Shown one piece after another: positions 23,389 through 31,175 of a stretch of DNA of 64,000 bases. Made by a program: the position numbers and the translations under genes. Positions within the stretch are counted from its first letter, which is position 1. Every line of letters starts with the position of its first letter. The stretch spans positions 517,697-581,696 of the forward strand of contig CAWGCB010000006.1 in NCBI GenBank assembly GCA_963821045.1, in the 5' to 3' direction. The notes beneath the pieces are model-generated. The model did not search any database. It worked only from the letters and a program-made list of their open reading frames with translations, and had not been told where the DNA came from. Origin of the DNA: an uncultured Actinomycetes bacterium. Its GTDB lineage: Bacteria; Actinomycetota; Actinomycetes; S36-B12; UBA10799.

Positions 23389-25104
23389 TTGGGGCAACCT
23401 TCTGGACGCCGCGTTCGTCCTCTAAGTGTGGAGAAACTCGTGCCAGCACCCGCAGCCTCCTGGTTGCCTCGCACTGCAGCCGTCTTGGCTGCAGGTGCGC
23501 TGCTTGGTGTCGGCGTCGTGGTTCCCACCGCGACGTACGCGAACCCTGGGTCCATGGACGGGGGACCAGCCGCACGCGCGCCTGATTCTGATTCCTGGGA
23601 GGACCCGGATGCATCGGTCGAGCAGCGGCCAGCCGAGGTCGCGTCCGACCTGAAGAAGTCCGAATCCGCCCAGGTCGTGACCGTTCGGTCGCAGGACGGG
23701 CGACCGGTCTTCGACACGGTGGCGGTAGAGGGCAAAGCGCAAGCCAAACAAGTTATTCGTTCCGAGCAGCAACAAGCGGACACGATCGCTGTTTCAGTCG
23801 AGCAGCGCGAACGCTTCATCGCCGCCCCCGGTGCGTCGGTGCTACCCGCTGGGTCCGCTGGGTCAGCTGGATCCGCTGGGTCAGGGACTGCGTCGGCTGA
23901 CCCCTATCGAGCCGAACAATGGGCACTCGATCGCCTCGGTGCTTCTGATGCATGGGAGCTATCTCGGGGGGCTGGCCAGATCGTAGCGATCGTTGATACG
24001 GGCGTGTCCCGCGAGGCTGACTTTGGTGGTCGGCTAGCGGAGGGCTGGGACTTCGTGGCCAATCGGTCGGGAGCCCGCTTCGATGACAACGGCCATGGGA
24101 CGCACGTTGCCGGGATTGTTGGGGCGGGCGAAGGGGACGGCATAGGCGTTGCCGGAATGGCCCCAGAGGTGAATCTGATTCCGGTCAAGGTGCTGGACTC
24201 TGAAGGTCGTGGCTACTGGTCCGATATCGCACAAGGCATCGTGTATGCATCTGACAGCGGTGCCTCGGTCATCAACCTGAGCTTGGGTGGACCCGACCAG
24301 AACTCCGCTGTGTCCACCGCGATTGAATACGCGACGTCGCGTGGTAGGACCGTGGTCGCGGCTTCGGGCAACAGTGGGAGCAGTGCCAAGAGCTATCCGG
24401 CGGCTGATCCTCGAGTTATCGCTGCGGGTGCGAGCACCCAGTCGGATACAGTCGCGAGCTTCTCGAACTACGGCGAGTATTTGGATGTCGTGGCCCCTGG
24501 TGTCGGGATCATGTCCACACTTCCGGGGTCATTTGGAAACGAGTCGGGTACCTCAATGGCGGCCCCCTACGTCTCAGCGACCGCTGCCCTGCTTCGTTCT
24601 GCGGCGGTAGCGCGCAACCTTGGAACCGTGGACGTTGCTCAGGCGCTGGACTTGGGAGCCAAAGACGTCGACGCGGCCGGTCGCGATGTGCGCAGCGGCG
24701 CAGGTCGAATCGATCCTCGCTCCTCCCTATGCGTCATCGGCGCATGTGACGGAGTCCCCGCTGTGAAGCCGGTACCGAGTCAGGTTCCGGCAAGTATTGC
24801 CCAGAAGCAACTAGATCCATCCGTCAGTCGCGACGGGCGCTACCTCGTGGTCGCGCTCAATGAATCTGGCACTCGCGAGGTAGTCCTGCGGCAGAAGATG
24901 ACAAAGAAGTACGCGAAGAAGCGATTCGCCAAAGGGAAGATACGTTCCAACAAACGAGGTCCCTGGCGCGTGGCCGAGGTTGGAGCTACATCGCCCGTCG
25001 GGGAGGTCCGCTTCCGACTTCGCAAAGGGTACGTCTACCGCGTCGTCCTAGAGCGGACAGCAACTTCAGCGAAATGGACGTCAGGAAAGGTCAAGATTCG
25101 CTAG
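23389..25104 (+). CDS. secreted S8 family serine peptidase (subtilase) with unknown basic C-terminal domain
   Basis: Signal peptide (AAVLAAGALLGVGVVVPTATYA). Catalytic blocks VAIVDTGV (Asp), HGTHVAGIV (His), GTSMAAPYVSA (Ser). The start may be the GTG at 23428 or 23440. Confidence 0.85.
   Translation: MGQPSGRRVRPLSVEKLVPAPAASWLPRTAAVLAAGALLGVGVVVPTATYANPGSMDGGPAARAPDSDSWEDPDASVEQRPAEVASDLKKSESAQVVTVRSQDGRPVFDTVAVEGKAQAKQVIRSEQQQADTIAVSVEQRERFIAAPGASVLPAGSAGSAGSAGSGTASADPYRAEQWALDRLGASDAWELSRGAGQIVAIVDTGVSREADFGGRLAEGWDFVANRSGARFDDNGHGTHVAGIVGAGEGDGIGVAGMAPEVNLIPVKVLDSEGRGYWSDIAQGIVYASDSGASVINLSLGGPDQNSAVSTAIEYATSRGRTVVAASGNSGSSAKSYPAADPRVIAAGASTQSDTVASFSNYGEYLDVVAPGVGIMSTLPGSFGNESGTSMAAPYVSATAALLRSAAVARNLGTVDVAQALDLGAKDVDAAGRDVRSGAGRIDPRSSLCVIGACDGVPAVKPVPSQVPASIAQKQLDPSVSRDGRYLVVALNESGTREVVLRQKMTKKYAKKRFAKGKIRSNKRGPWRVAEVGATSPVGEVRFRLRKGYVYRVVLERTATSAKWTSGKVKIR
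23848..23883 (+). repeat. 4 x 9-nt in-frame tandem repeat (GCTGGGTCM) encoding (AGS)4 in the S8 pro-region linker
   Basis: Read directly: gctgggtcc gctgggtca gctggatcc gctgggtca. Confidence 0.85.
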
Positions 25105-25216
25105 TCGCCGTTCCAACGTGTGTTCAATGAGCCAGTCGTGTTCAAGTAGTCCGCCGATTGTGCTCGGCCTGTGTCATGGTTGTTGAAGTCCCTCTTGTGC
25201 GATCGGTGCCACATGG

Positions 25217-25234
25217 ATTTATGTAATCATAAAT
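25217..25234. promoter_or_regulatory. perfect AT-rich palindrome ATTTATG-TAAT-CATAAAT upstream of the S16 protease gene
   Basis: 7-bp perfect inverted repeat with 4-nt spacer, inside a 305-nt intergenic region of an otherwise GC-rich window. Candidate operator. Confidence 0.4.
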
Positions 25235-25409
25235 GGGAATACGTCGAAGATCAGTAGTGGCTGCCAGGTCGCTCAAGACATGAGGACGACAATGACCGCA
25301 CGTACAGCAGCACCGCGCAGTCCGATCAGGAGCAACCGTCGTTCTCTAAGTCGAAGAGCAGTGCTTCTCGTCGCAGGCATGGGCGTCGCGCGCCTGCTTG
25401 TAGGGAACC

Positions 25410-27302
25410 ATGTCTAACATCGCGCCGGAGCCCGAGCCCGCGAGGAATCCGGCAGTGGGCTGGATTGCGGTGGCCCTGGCTATCACTCTGGGGTTCGCAG
25501 CCATCGTGGCTGTGCCGCTGATTCGCAGCCCTGGCACGACGGTTCAAGTTGAGGCGCTCTGGTTCGGTGAGACTGCGGACGGAGGCATGGTCGGTGGCGT
25601 CACCCCAGTCGACATTACGGCCCTCACCAACAGCAGTGACACGCCCTTCTCGCTGGACTTGAGCGGGATCGAAATTGCCGGAGCGGGTCCTATGTGGACG
25701 GCCGCAACAGCGACGGCGGCCGCTCAGGCTGTACTTGATTCCGGGGTGGATCCCCGTATCGGGGAACTCAACTACGCGCTCACAGAGGCCATTGATGGCC
25801 CCTCCGCGGGAGCGCTGCTGACGGTCGGTTCGATTGCAGCGATGAACGACGAGGTTCTCGCGGGGGACATCACGATGACCGGGACTGTCCTGCCGGACGG
25901 ATCGGTGGGGGAAGTCGGCGGTGTCCCCGAAAAGATTCGGGCCGCGGCGCAGGAAGGGTTCACTCAGGTACTGGTGCCGGTTGATTCCAGATCAGAGTTC
26001 GATGCCGGGTCCGGTGGCTACCTCAGCCCGGCTGCGGTTGGCGAGGAGGTAGGGGTAGAAGTCACTCCAGTTGGGAGTATTCGCCAGGCCTACGACCTGA
26101 TGACGCGGCAGGACGCAGTCGCAGAGCAGATTGACGGTCCGCCAATCGATCAGAGCGTCCTAGACCTTCTGTCGGCGCGGTCATTGGAACTGACAGCGTC
26201 GACGAAGAAGCAGCTTTCGAGCAAGGAGGCCAAATCCTCGGCTGGACGGATTTCGAAAGATGTCACGAACCAGATTTTGGCTCTGTTGGCGCAGGCGACG
26301 ACGAGTCGGGATGCTGGCGACGCCGTCCTAGCATTCAGTGCTGCAGCCGAGGCAGCCCAGATGTCAGCTCAGGAGCAAGCAGCGATCCGCGTCTCAGGCC
26401 AGGTTCAAATGACGTCGCTGCCCCAAGCCGTGGACCAAGTGCGTGAAAGCACTCGGGCTGCGAAGAAGAGGATTATCGACGACCTGCGGACCAACTCCGA
26501 ACTCCCGCTGACCAAGGTCGAGCAGCTTCCCGCGCTGGCGGATGCACTGGCGTGGGGTGAGTTCGCGTTGACATCGATGAATGTTGTCCTGGACCGACTT
26601 GACGCTGTGACCAGCGAGACAGAACTGCAAGGGTTGGTGCGCTTTCAAGAGACGGGGAAATTTGAGTCTGACACGTATATGTCGACCTCGGTTGAGGCTG
26701 TGAAACGAGTCGGCAATCGCCCTATTACCGACGTCAATGAACTGGTCTCGCTCTTCGACTCCTATGCCGATCTATTGGACTTCGCTTCGGACGCGAATCG
26801 GACGTACGCCGAAAGTTTGGGATACGGCGCCCGCGAGCGCGGCTACCTCGGTGGATTGATTGACGAGGCAAACGCCCTGACAGATGAGACTGAGCAAGAT
26901 TTTCCGCAGTTGAATAGTCCGACCGCTCTCGTTGCACTACGTGCCGGGGCAGGCCTGCAAGACTACGTGAACACTACTTTCCTCGTCGATGATCTGACGG
27001 TGGCTGGTTTGGCGACGACTCCTAGCGCACCGAATTTGCAGACCATTAAGGACCCGGATCGGCAGCAGCAGCAAGCACGAATCGCCGACGAGATAGCCAA
27101 GAGTCAAGGCGCGGTGCTGGTCGCGGAGGGTCTGGACCCTTCTTACGCGAGTTGGATGAACCAATGGGGTGCCGATCTATCACTTGGTCGCCTCGCAGGT
27201 AGCAATGACGAGCAGCGGCTGCACGGTCTAGACACCCAATGGTTCGGGGTATTGCAGACCCGGCTTCTCGTTGGGCTCGACGGTGTTGCTGGTCCTGAGT
27301 AG
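25410..27302 (+). CDS. membrane-anchored Lon-C-type (S16) serine protease without AAA+ or PDZ domain, plus about 400-aa helical C-terminal extension
   Basis: N-terminal TM helix (VGWIAVALAITLGFAAIVAVPLI). The segment DGPSAGALLTVGSIAAM...ITMTGTVLPDGSVGEVGGVPEKIRAAAQEGFTQVLVP aligns with the E. coli Lon catalytic Ser (DGPSAG) and Lys (GG.KEK..AA) blocks. Confidence 0.8.
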   Translation: MSNIAPEPEPARNPAVGWIAVALAITLGFAAIVAVPLIRSPGTTVQVEALWFGETADGGMVGGVTPVDITALTNSSDTPFSLDLSGIEIAGAGPMWTAATATAAAQAVLDSGVDPRIGELNYALTEAIDGPSAGALLTVGSIAAMNDEVLAGDITMTGTVLPDGSVGEVGGVPEKIRAAAQEGFTQVLVPVDSRSEFDAGSGGYLSPAAVGEEVGVEVTPVGSIRQAYDLMTRQDAVAEQIDGPPIDQSVLDLLSARSLELTASTKKQLSSKEAKSSAGRISKDVTNQILALLAQATTSRDAGDAVLAFSAAAEAAQMSAQEQAAIRVSGQVQMTSLPQAVDQVRESTRAAKKRIIDDLRTNSELPLTKVEQLPALADALAWGEFALTSMNVVLDRLDAVTSETELQGLVRFQETGKFESDTYMSTSVEAVKRVGNRPITDVNELVSLFDSYADLLDFASDANRTYAESLGYGARERGYLGGLIDEANALTDETEQDFPQLNSPTALVALRAGAGLQDYVNTTFLVDDLTVAGLATTPSAPNLQTIKDPDRQQQQARIADEIAKSQGAVLVAEGLDPSYASWMNQWGADLSLGRLAGSNDEQRLHGLDTQWFGVLQTRLLVGLDGVAGPE

Positions 27303-27318
27303 CAAGACCGTGTCGCTA

Positions 27319-27906
27319 TTAGCGAGTTCGAGCTGGGATGACCACCGCGCCCGTTAGCTTGTCCGAGAGCAAGCACTGGCGTTTACGGTCCCATAGCGGC
27401 CAGAGAACTCCGATGAAGCACATGGCGAAGTCCGCCGCGAGCAGAATGATGCGTAGGAGAGCCAGTCCGACTCCGAGCGGGCGACCAGTCGACTCACGGA
27501 CAGTTGCGAACCCAAAGAGTTGTTTCCCAACTGAGCGCCCGGTTCGCCCTTCTCGATATCCCCGGTTCCAGATGATGAAGATGACCGCTGCTGCGGCGAA
27601 CACGTAGTACAGGGGGCCGTATCCGGTGGACGAGGTGACCTCGAATGCGTTGGTGTTGCCCACTTGGGATTCCACCTCGTAGGTGGGCCGTCCCAGTGCC
27701 GTGCCGAGAGTGAAGAGTGCGGCTGGAATCGCAGCGTCGCCGAAGAAACAGCCGACGCGCGAGAGCCACATTGCGTAGCTCGATTTTGGAAGATTCTGAT
27801 TGGCTTCGGTTCCGTACTGCTGCTCTGCGCGACGCAGCAACTCCTCCGCTGTTCTTGCGTGATCAGAATCGCTGTCGGAACCGCCCGGCGGAGGAAGGTC
27901 AGTCAT
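27319..27906 (-). CDS. RDD family membrane protein (paralogue A)
   Basis: WNRGYREGRTGRSVGKQLFGF ... GVLWPLWDRKRQCLLSDKLTGAVV shared with the two upstream paralogues. The ATG at 27906 is preceded by GGAG. Confidence 0.75.
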   Translation of the reverse strand: MTDLPPPGGSDSDSDHARTAEELLRRAEQQYGTEANQNLPKSSYAMWLSRVGCFFGDAAIPAALFTLGTALGRPTYEVESQVGNTNAFEVTSSTGYGPLYYVFAAAAVIFIIWNRGYREGRTGRSVGKQLFGFATVRESTGRPLGVGLALLRIILLAADFAMCFIGVLWPLWDRKRQCLLSDKLTGAVVIPARTR

Positions 27907-27941
27907 GATCACTCCAGTCTGTACTCGTCCAGCGTCGCCGA

Positions 27942-28496
27942 TTAGCGCCGCAGGACAACGACATCGAGGGCGCGGTCCGAGAGCAGGGCCTGAATGCGCG
28001 GTTGCCACAGCGGCCAAAGCCAGAGGATGAGGCCGAGCCCACAGACAACAATACTTACGAACTCCACGTAGACCAGGAAGGCCCGGGCGATCCCACGCCA
28101 GGCGCCGATTGGTGACGGTTGCGCGCCGCTCGTGGCTGTCGCATCGACAGTCTGCATGCCGAGAACGTGTTTAGCCCAGGACTTGCCGGTGGCCCCTTCG
28201 AGGACGCCCTTGTTCGCGAACCAGTAGACGATGGCCAGCGCGTGAAGCGCGTAGTACATCCACCCGGGTCCACTCACCTCGACGAGGTAGTTCTGACCGT
28301 TGGCCCAATCTTGATCGGCCCCGAAGCCAGCGACGTTGTAGTAGTCGGCATTTGCCCAGGAACTGAGCATCAGGGCGGGCAGGATATCGAGGAAGAAGCC
28401 GCTACACCTGCGCGCCCAGGACGCATATGGCCCAGCTAGGGGATCTGTCGACGCTGATTCGTCCGCGAAGCTACTCCGCGATTCATCCGACATCAC
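27942..28496 (-). CDS. RDD family membrane protein (paralogue B, most divergent)
   Basis: YASWARRCSGFFLDILPA, ANKGVLEGATGKSWAKHVLG and LWPLWQPRIQALLSDRALDVVV follow the same architecture as paralogues A and C. Confidence 0.7.
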   Translation of the reverse strand: MMSDESRSSFADESASTDPLAGPYASWARRCSGFFLDILPALMLSSWANADYYNVAGFGADQDWANGQNYLVEVSGPGWMYYALHALAIVYWFANKGVLEGATGKSWAKHVLGMQTVDATATSGAQPSPIGAWRGIARAFLVYVEFVSIVVCGLGLILWLWPLWQPRIQALLSDRALDVVVLRR

Positions 28497-28534
28497 AGAC
28501 CTCCCGTTGACCTGAACAGCACGAACCCTACTCC

Positions 28535-28567
28535 GTCGAGTGAACGTCGAGTGAACGTCGAGTGAAC
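28535..28567. repeat. 3 perfect tandem copies of 11-mer GTCGAGTGAAC in the RDD-C/RDD-B intergenic region
   Basis: Read directly: gtcgagtgaac gtcgagtgaac gtcgagtgaac. It sits 39-71 nt upstream of the RDD-B start on the minus strand. Confidence 0.9.
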
Positions 28568-28572
28568 ACTGA

Positions 28573-28605
28573 GGGCCTGCGACCGACTGAGTCGATCACA
28601 GGCCC
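28573..28605 (-). terminator. imperfect GC-rich hairpin just downstream of RDD-C
   Basis: GGGCCTG...CAGGCCC outer stem with inner CGAC/GTCG pairing, 23 nt past the RDD-C stop. No U-tract. Confidence 0.35.
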
Positions 28606-28627
28606 AAACAGTGAAATGCAGGTGCGC

Positions 28628-29308
28628 CTAGTCTTTGTAGACGACGGCTCCGGTCACCTTGTCGGACAGTAGTGCCTGTCGCTTCGGATCCCAGAGCGGC
28701 CAAAGCACGCCGACGTAGCAGATCAGGAAGTCGACGTAGAGCAGCACCAACCGCAGGATGCCCATCCCAGCGCCAAGTGGCTCTCCAGTCTCTTCTTTGA
28801 CTGTGGTGTAGCCGGTGAGCCCCTTGCCGATGGACTTGCCCGTCGTTCCCTCCTTGTACCCCTTGTTCCAGAAGAGGTAGAGCAGTGCGATGAGGTAGAA
28901 GAGCAGCGCGAGTAGGAGGCCGAAGGCCGACGTGGAGGACTCCACCGTCGTGTATGAGTAAGGCGTCCCGCCCAGTGTTCCCTGCCGCACTACTTCGGTG
29001 GTCGAGGTGAAGAGGCCGGCCATCAACCAACCGATGCCACCGATGATGACTGCGGGTATGTAGTCAACGAGGAACGCTAGTACGCGCCAGATCCACGAGG
29101 CATATTCCTTGCCGTTCGGCGCCATCCCTGGAACCGGGACCTGGCCGTAGGCGCCGGGAGGAGGCGGTGGAGGGCTGCCAGCGCCGGGAGGTGGTGGCGG
29201 GGGAGGCGGAGGAGGAGATCCACCGGGTGGACCGGGGGGTGGTGGCGGGGGAGTTCCGCCAGACGTTGGCTCAGGAGCATCGCCCGGGGGCGGTGTGTTG
29301 TCAGACAT
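28628..29308 (-). CDS. RDD family membrane protein with poly-proline N-terminal tail (paralogue C)
   Basis: N-terminal PPPPPPGPPGGSPPPPPPPPPPGAGSPPPPPPGAYG, then YASWIWRVLAFLVDYIPA, WNKGYKEGTTGKSIGKGLTG, GVLWPLWDPKRQALLSDKVTGAVV. Confidence 0.8.
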   Translation of the reverse strand: MSDNTPPPGDAPEPTSGGTPPPPPPGPPGGSPPPPPPPPPPGAGSPPPPPPGAYGQVPVPGMAPNGKEYASWIWRVLAFLVDYIPAVIIGGIGWLMAGLFTSTTEVVRQGTLGGTPYSYTTVESSTSAFGLLLALLFYLIALLYLFWNKGYKEGTTGKSIGKGLTGYTTVKEETGEPLGAGMGILRLVLLYVDFLICYVGVLWPLWDPKRQALLSDKVTGAVVYKD

Positions 29309-29472
29309 GGCAGACCCTTTCGTGTGGCGATCACCGAGAAATCGGCTTTCTTATCTTATCGGTCAGGGTGGAACTGTCCTAATCCCAAACCACCAGGTTG
29401 GATCGTCCCAATTTTTTGACAGCCAGATCAAGTGACGCGCTGAGTGGTATGGAAATATCCTCGCTGTCTTGC

Positions 29473-30027
29473 TCAGTTCTTCACCAGTCGCAAGATGTAT
29501 GGGACGCGATATACCTCGCCGGAGTTGGCTCTCATCGCGCCGATGATCTCGAAGACAAGTACGGCGACCGAGTAGCCGATGGCAATGAGGAACCATCCCA
29601 GCAAGATGATCAGGCCCAGTGGCGGGAACGCCACCACGGCCACGAGCCCGACGATTCCCATTCCCACCATGGCGCCAAGGCCAACGATGATCGCTGTGAT
29701 CTGCAGGTTCAGTGCCTCTCTGGACGCGGCACGCACGAATTGTGAGCGGTCCCGGAATACGAGATAGATCACCAGCGGGGCAAGGAAGCCCGCGATGATC
29801 GATAGGAGGAACGCGAGCATGGCCCAGAGGCGCTCGTCGGCGACGCTCAACGGCTGTGCCCCAGGTGTCGGCGGGATGTAGTTACCAGTCGGTCGTGGCT
29901 GCCCGATCGGGGGCGGTGCCTGTCCAGAGTTGCCCGGCGGTGGCGCGGGATAAGGCTGGCTGGGTGGTTGGGTGAATGGTGGGCCGTAAGGTTCGTCGGC
30001 GGACTTAGATGGTTGTTGGTCGCTCAT
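29473..30027 (-). CDS. DUF4870-like membrane protein with Pro-rich N-terminus
   Basis: ERLWAMLAFLLSIIAGFLAPLVIYLVFRDRSQFVRAASREALNLQIT matches my recollection of the DUF4870 core. Pro/Gly/Tyr-rich cytoplasmic tail. Confidence 0.65.
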   Translation of the reverse strand: MSDQQPSKSADEPYGPPFTQPPSQPYPAPPPGNSGQAPPPIGQPRPTGNYIPPTPGAQPLSVADERLWAMLAFLLSIIAGFLAPLVIYLVFRDRSQFVRAASREALNLQITAIIVGLGAMVGMGIVGLVAVVAFPPLGLIILLGWFLIAIGYSVAVLVFEIIGAMRANSGEVYRVPYILRLVKN

Positions 30028-30057
30028 ATCTCTCCCCCAGGTAGTGCTCCATGTTAC

Positions 30058-31044
30058 CTAGTTGTGTGGCTTACTCGTGTCAGGTTGCTCCTCGCTTGCT
30101 GGCCCGTACGGAAATCCAGGAACGATTGCTCTTCCACGGATCCACATCCGGTTCGCGAGCACGATTCCTATTACGGACCAGAGAGTGAGTAGGAGCCAGG
30201 AGTACAGCACCTGCAAATGCAGTTGCATGTCAGTTGGGTCGGGGAGTTTGCCGGACTGGAAGTCAGCGAGCGTGGCGGATTGGCCAGTACTGATGAGCGC
30301 GAGAATGGTCGCCAATCCCGTTGACGCATCCCACGCCCAATGCAGCAGCACGACGACGACCCACCACCGCAGCACGCTCCACGTGAGGTGTAGCCGCGAA
30401 CTCTTCTCCGCGGCGGCGAAGAGCGCTCCAGCCAGCAGGGCCGTCCACAATCCGTGCCCAACTGGGGCGAGTAGGCCGCGAACCAGTTGTGTTTCTACCA
30501 CCGAGAGCAGCTGCGTGTCGTCTGCTGCGATGAGGGTGTTGAACGCGTACCCAGCGGACTCGAAGGCCGCGAATCCGAAGCCAACGCACGCGCCGAGCAC
30601 CATTCCGTCGCGAAGCGTGTAGCGCGCCAGGTTGCGGGCCAGCAGCCACACGAGGGCGATCTTGACCGTCTCCTCTATGACGGCCACGCCGGGATACCAG
30701 AGGATTAGTGGTAGCCGATTGAGGACGACTGTCTCTAGGAGGCCCGAGGCTGCAACTCCCAAGATCCCCGCCCCAGCGAATCCGGTAGCGAGCAAGGGCA
30801 GCGTCAAAGCCGTCTTGCTCCCGTCCGGCGCGGCGCCGGAGAACTGCTCGCGTTCGTAGAGCCAGACAGCGAATGTCAGAGGACTCAAGAACGCACCTAA
30901 GAAGATCACCGATGGGACGAGAGTTGTGAGCTCTGTCGCGGCTAAGACTCCGATAGTGATGAACCACAGGGCGAGTCCGGTTAGGAGCAGGCGCAACCAC
31001 AGGCGCCGCTTCTTCACAGGGGAGCGCAAGGATTCGAAGAGCAC
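30058..31044 (-). CDS. PrsW family intramembrane metalloprotease
   Basis: Polytopic protein with VIEETVK (EE..K), FAAFESAGY and [11 protein letters not shown] blocks characteristic of PrsW-type proteases. Confidence 0.75.
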   Translation of the reverse strand: MLFESLRSPVKKRRLWLRLLLTGLALWFITIGVLAATELTTLVPSVIFLGAFLSPLTFAVWLYEREQFSGAAPDGSKTALTLPLLATGFAGAGILGVAASGLLETVVLNRLPLILWYPGVAVIEETVKIALVWLLARNLARYTLRDGMVLGACVGFGFAAFESAGYAFNTLIAADDTQLLSVVETQLVRGLLAPVGHGLWTALLAGALFAAAEKSSRLHLTWSVLRWWVVVVLLHWAWDASTGLATILALISTGQSATLADFQSGKLPDPTDMQLHLQVLYSWLLLTLWSVIGIVLANRMWIRGRAIVPGFPYGPASEEQPDTSKPHN

Positions 31045-31175
31045 GCGATCAGCTTAGGAGGTTTGCGCTGAGATGGCTGACCGGATTTCTCTGCTGCGGC
31101 GACGGAGCCAGCCATCCCGGCCATCCCAGTCATCGCAAGAGTGACGCGTGGCTCGAGTGGCAATACAATCGCCTG

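Noticed and set aside
29150-29265. GGN/CCN low-complexity stretch that looks like a DNA repeat.
   Set aside because: It is the coding sequence of the poly-proline tail of RDD-C (minus strand). It has no regular unit or spacers, and it is not a CRISPR or a satellite.
31136-31165. Possible CIRCE operator upstream of hrcA (GAGTGAC ... GAGTGGCAA).
   Set aside because: Only the right half resembles GAGTGCTAA. The left element is a direct rather than inverted repeat, so it does not form the TTAGCACTC-N9-GAGTGCTAA palindrome.
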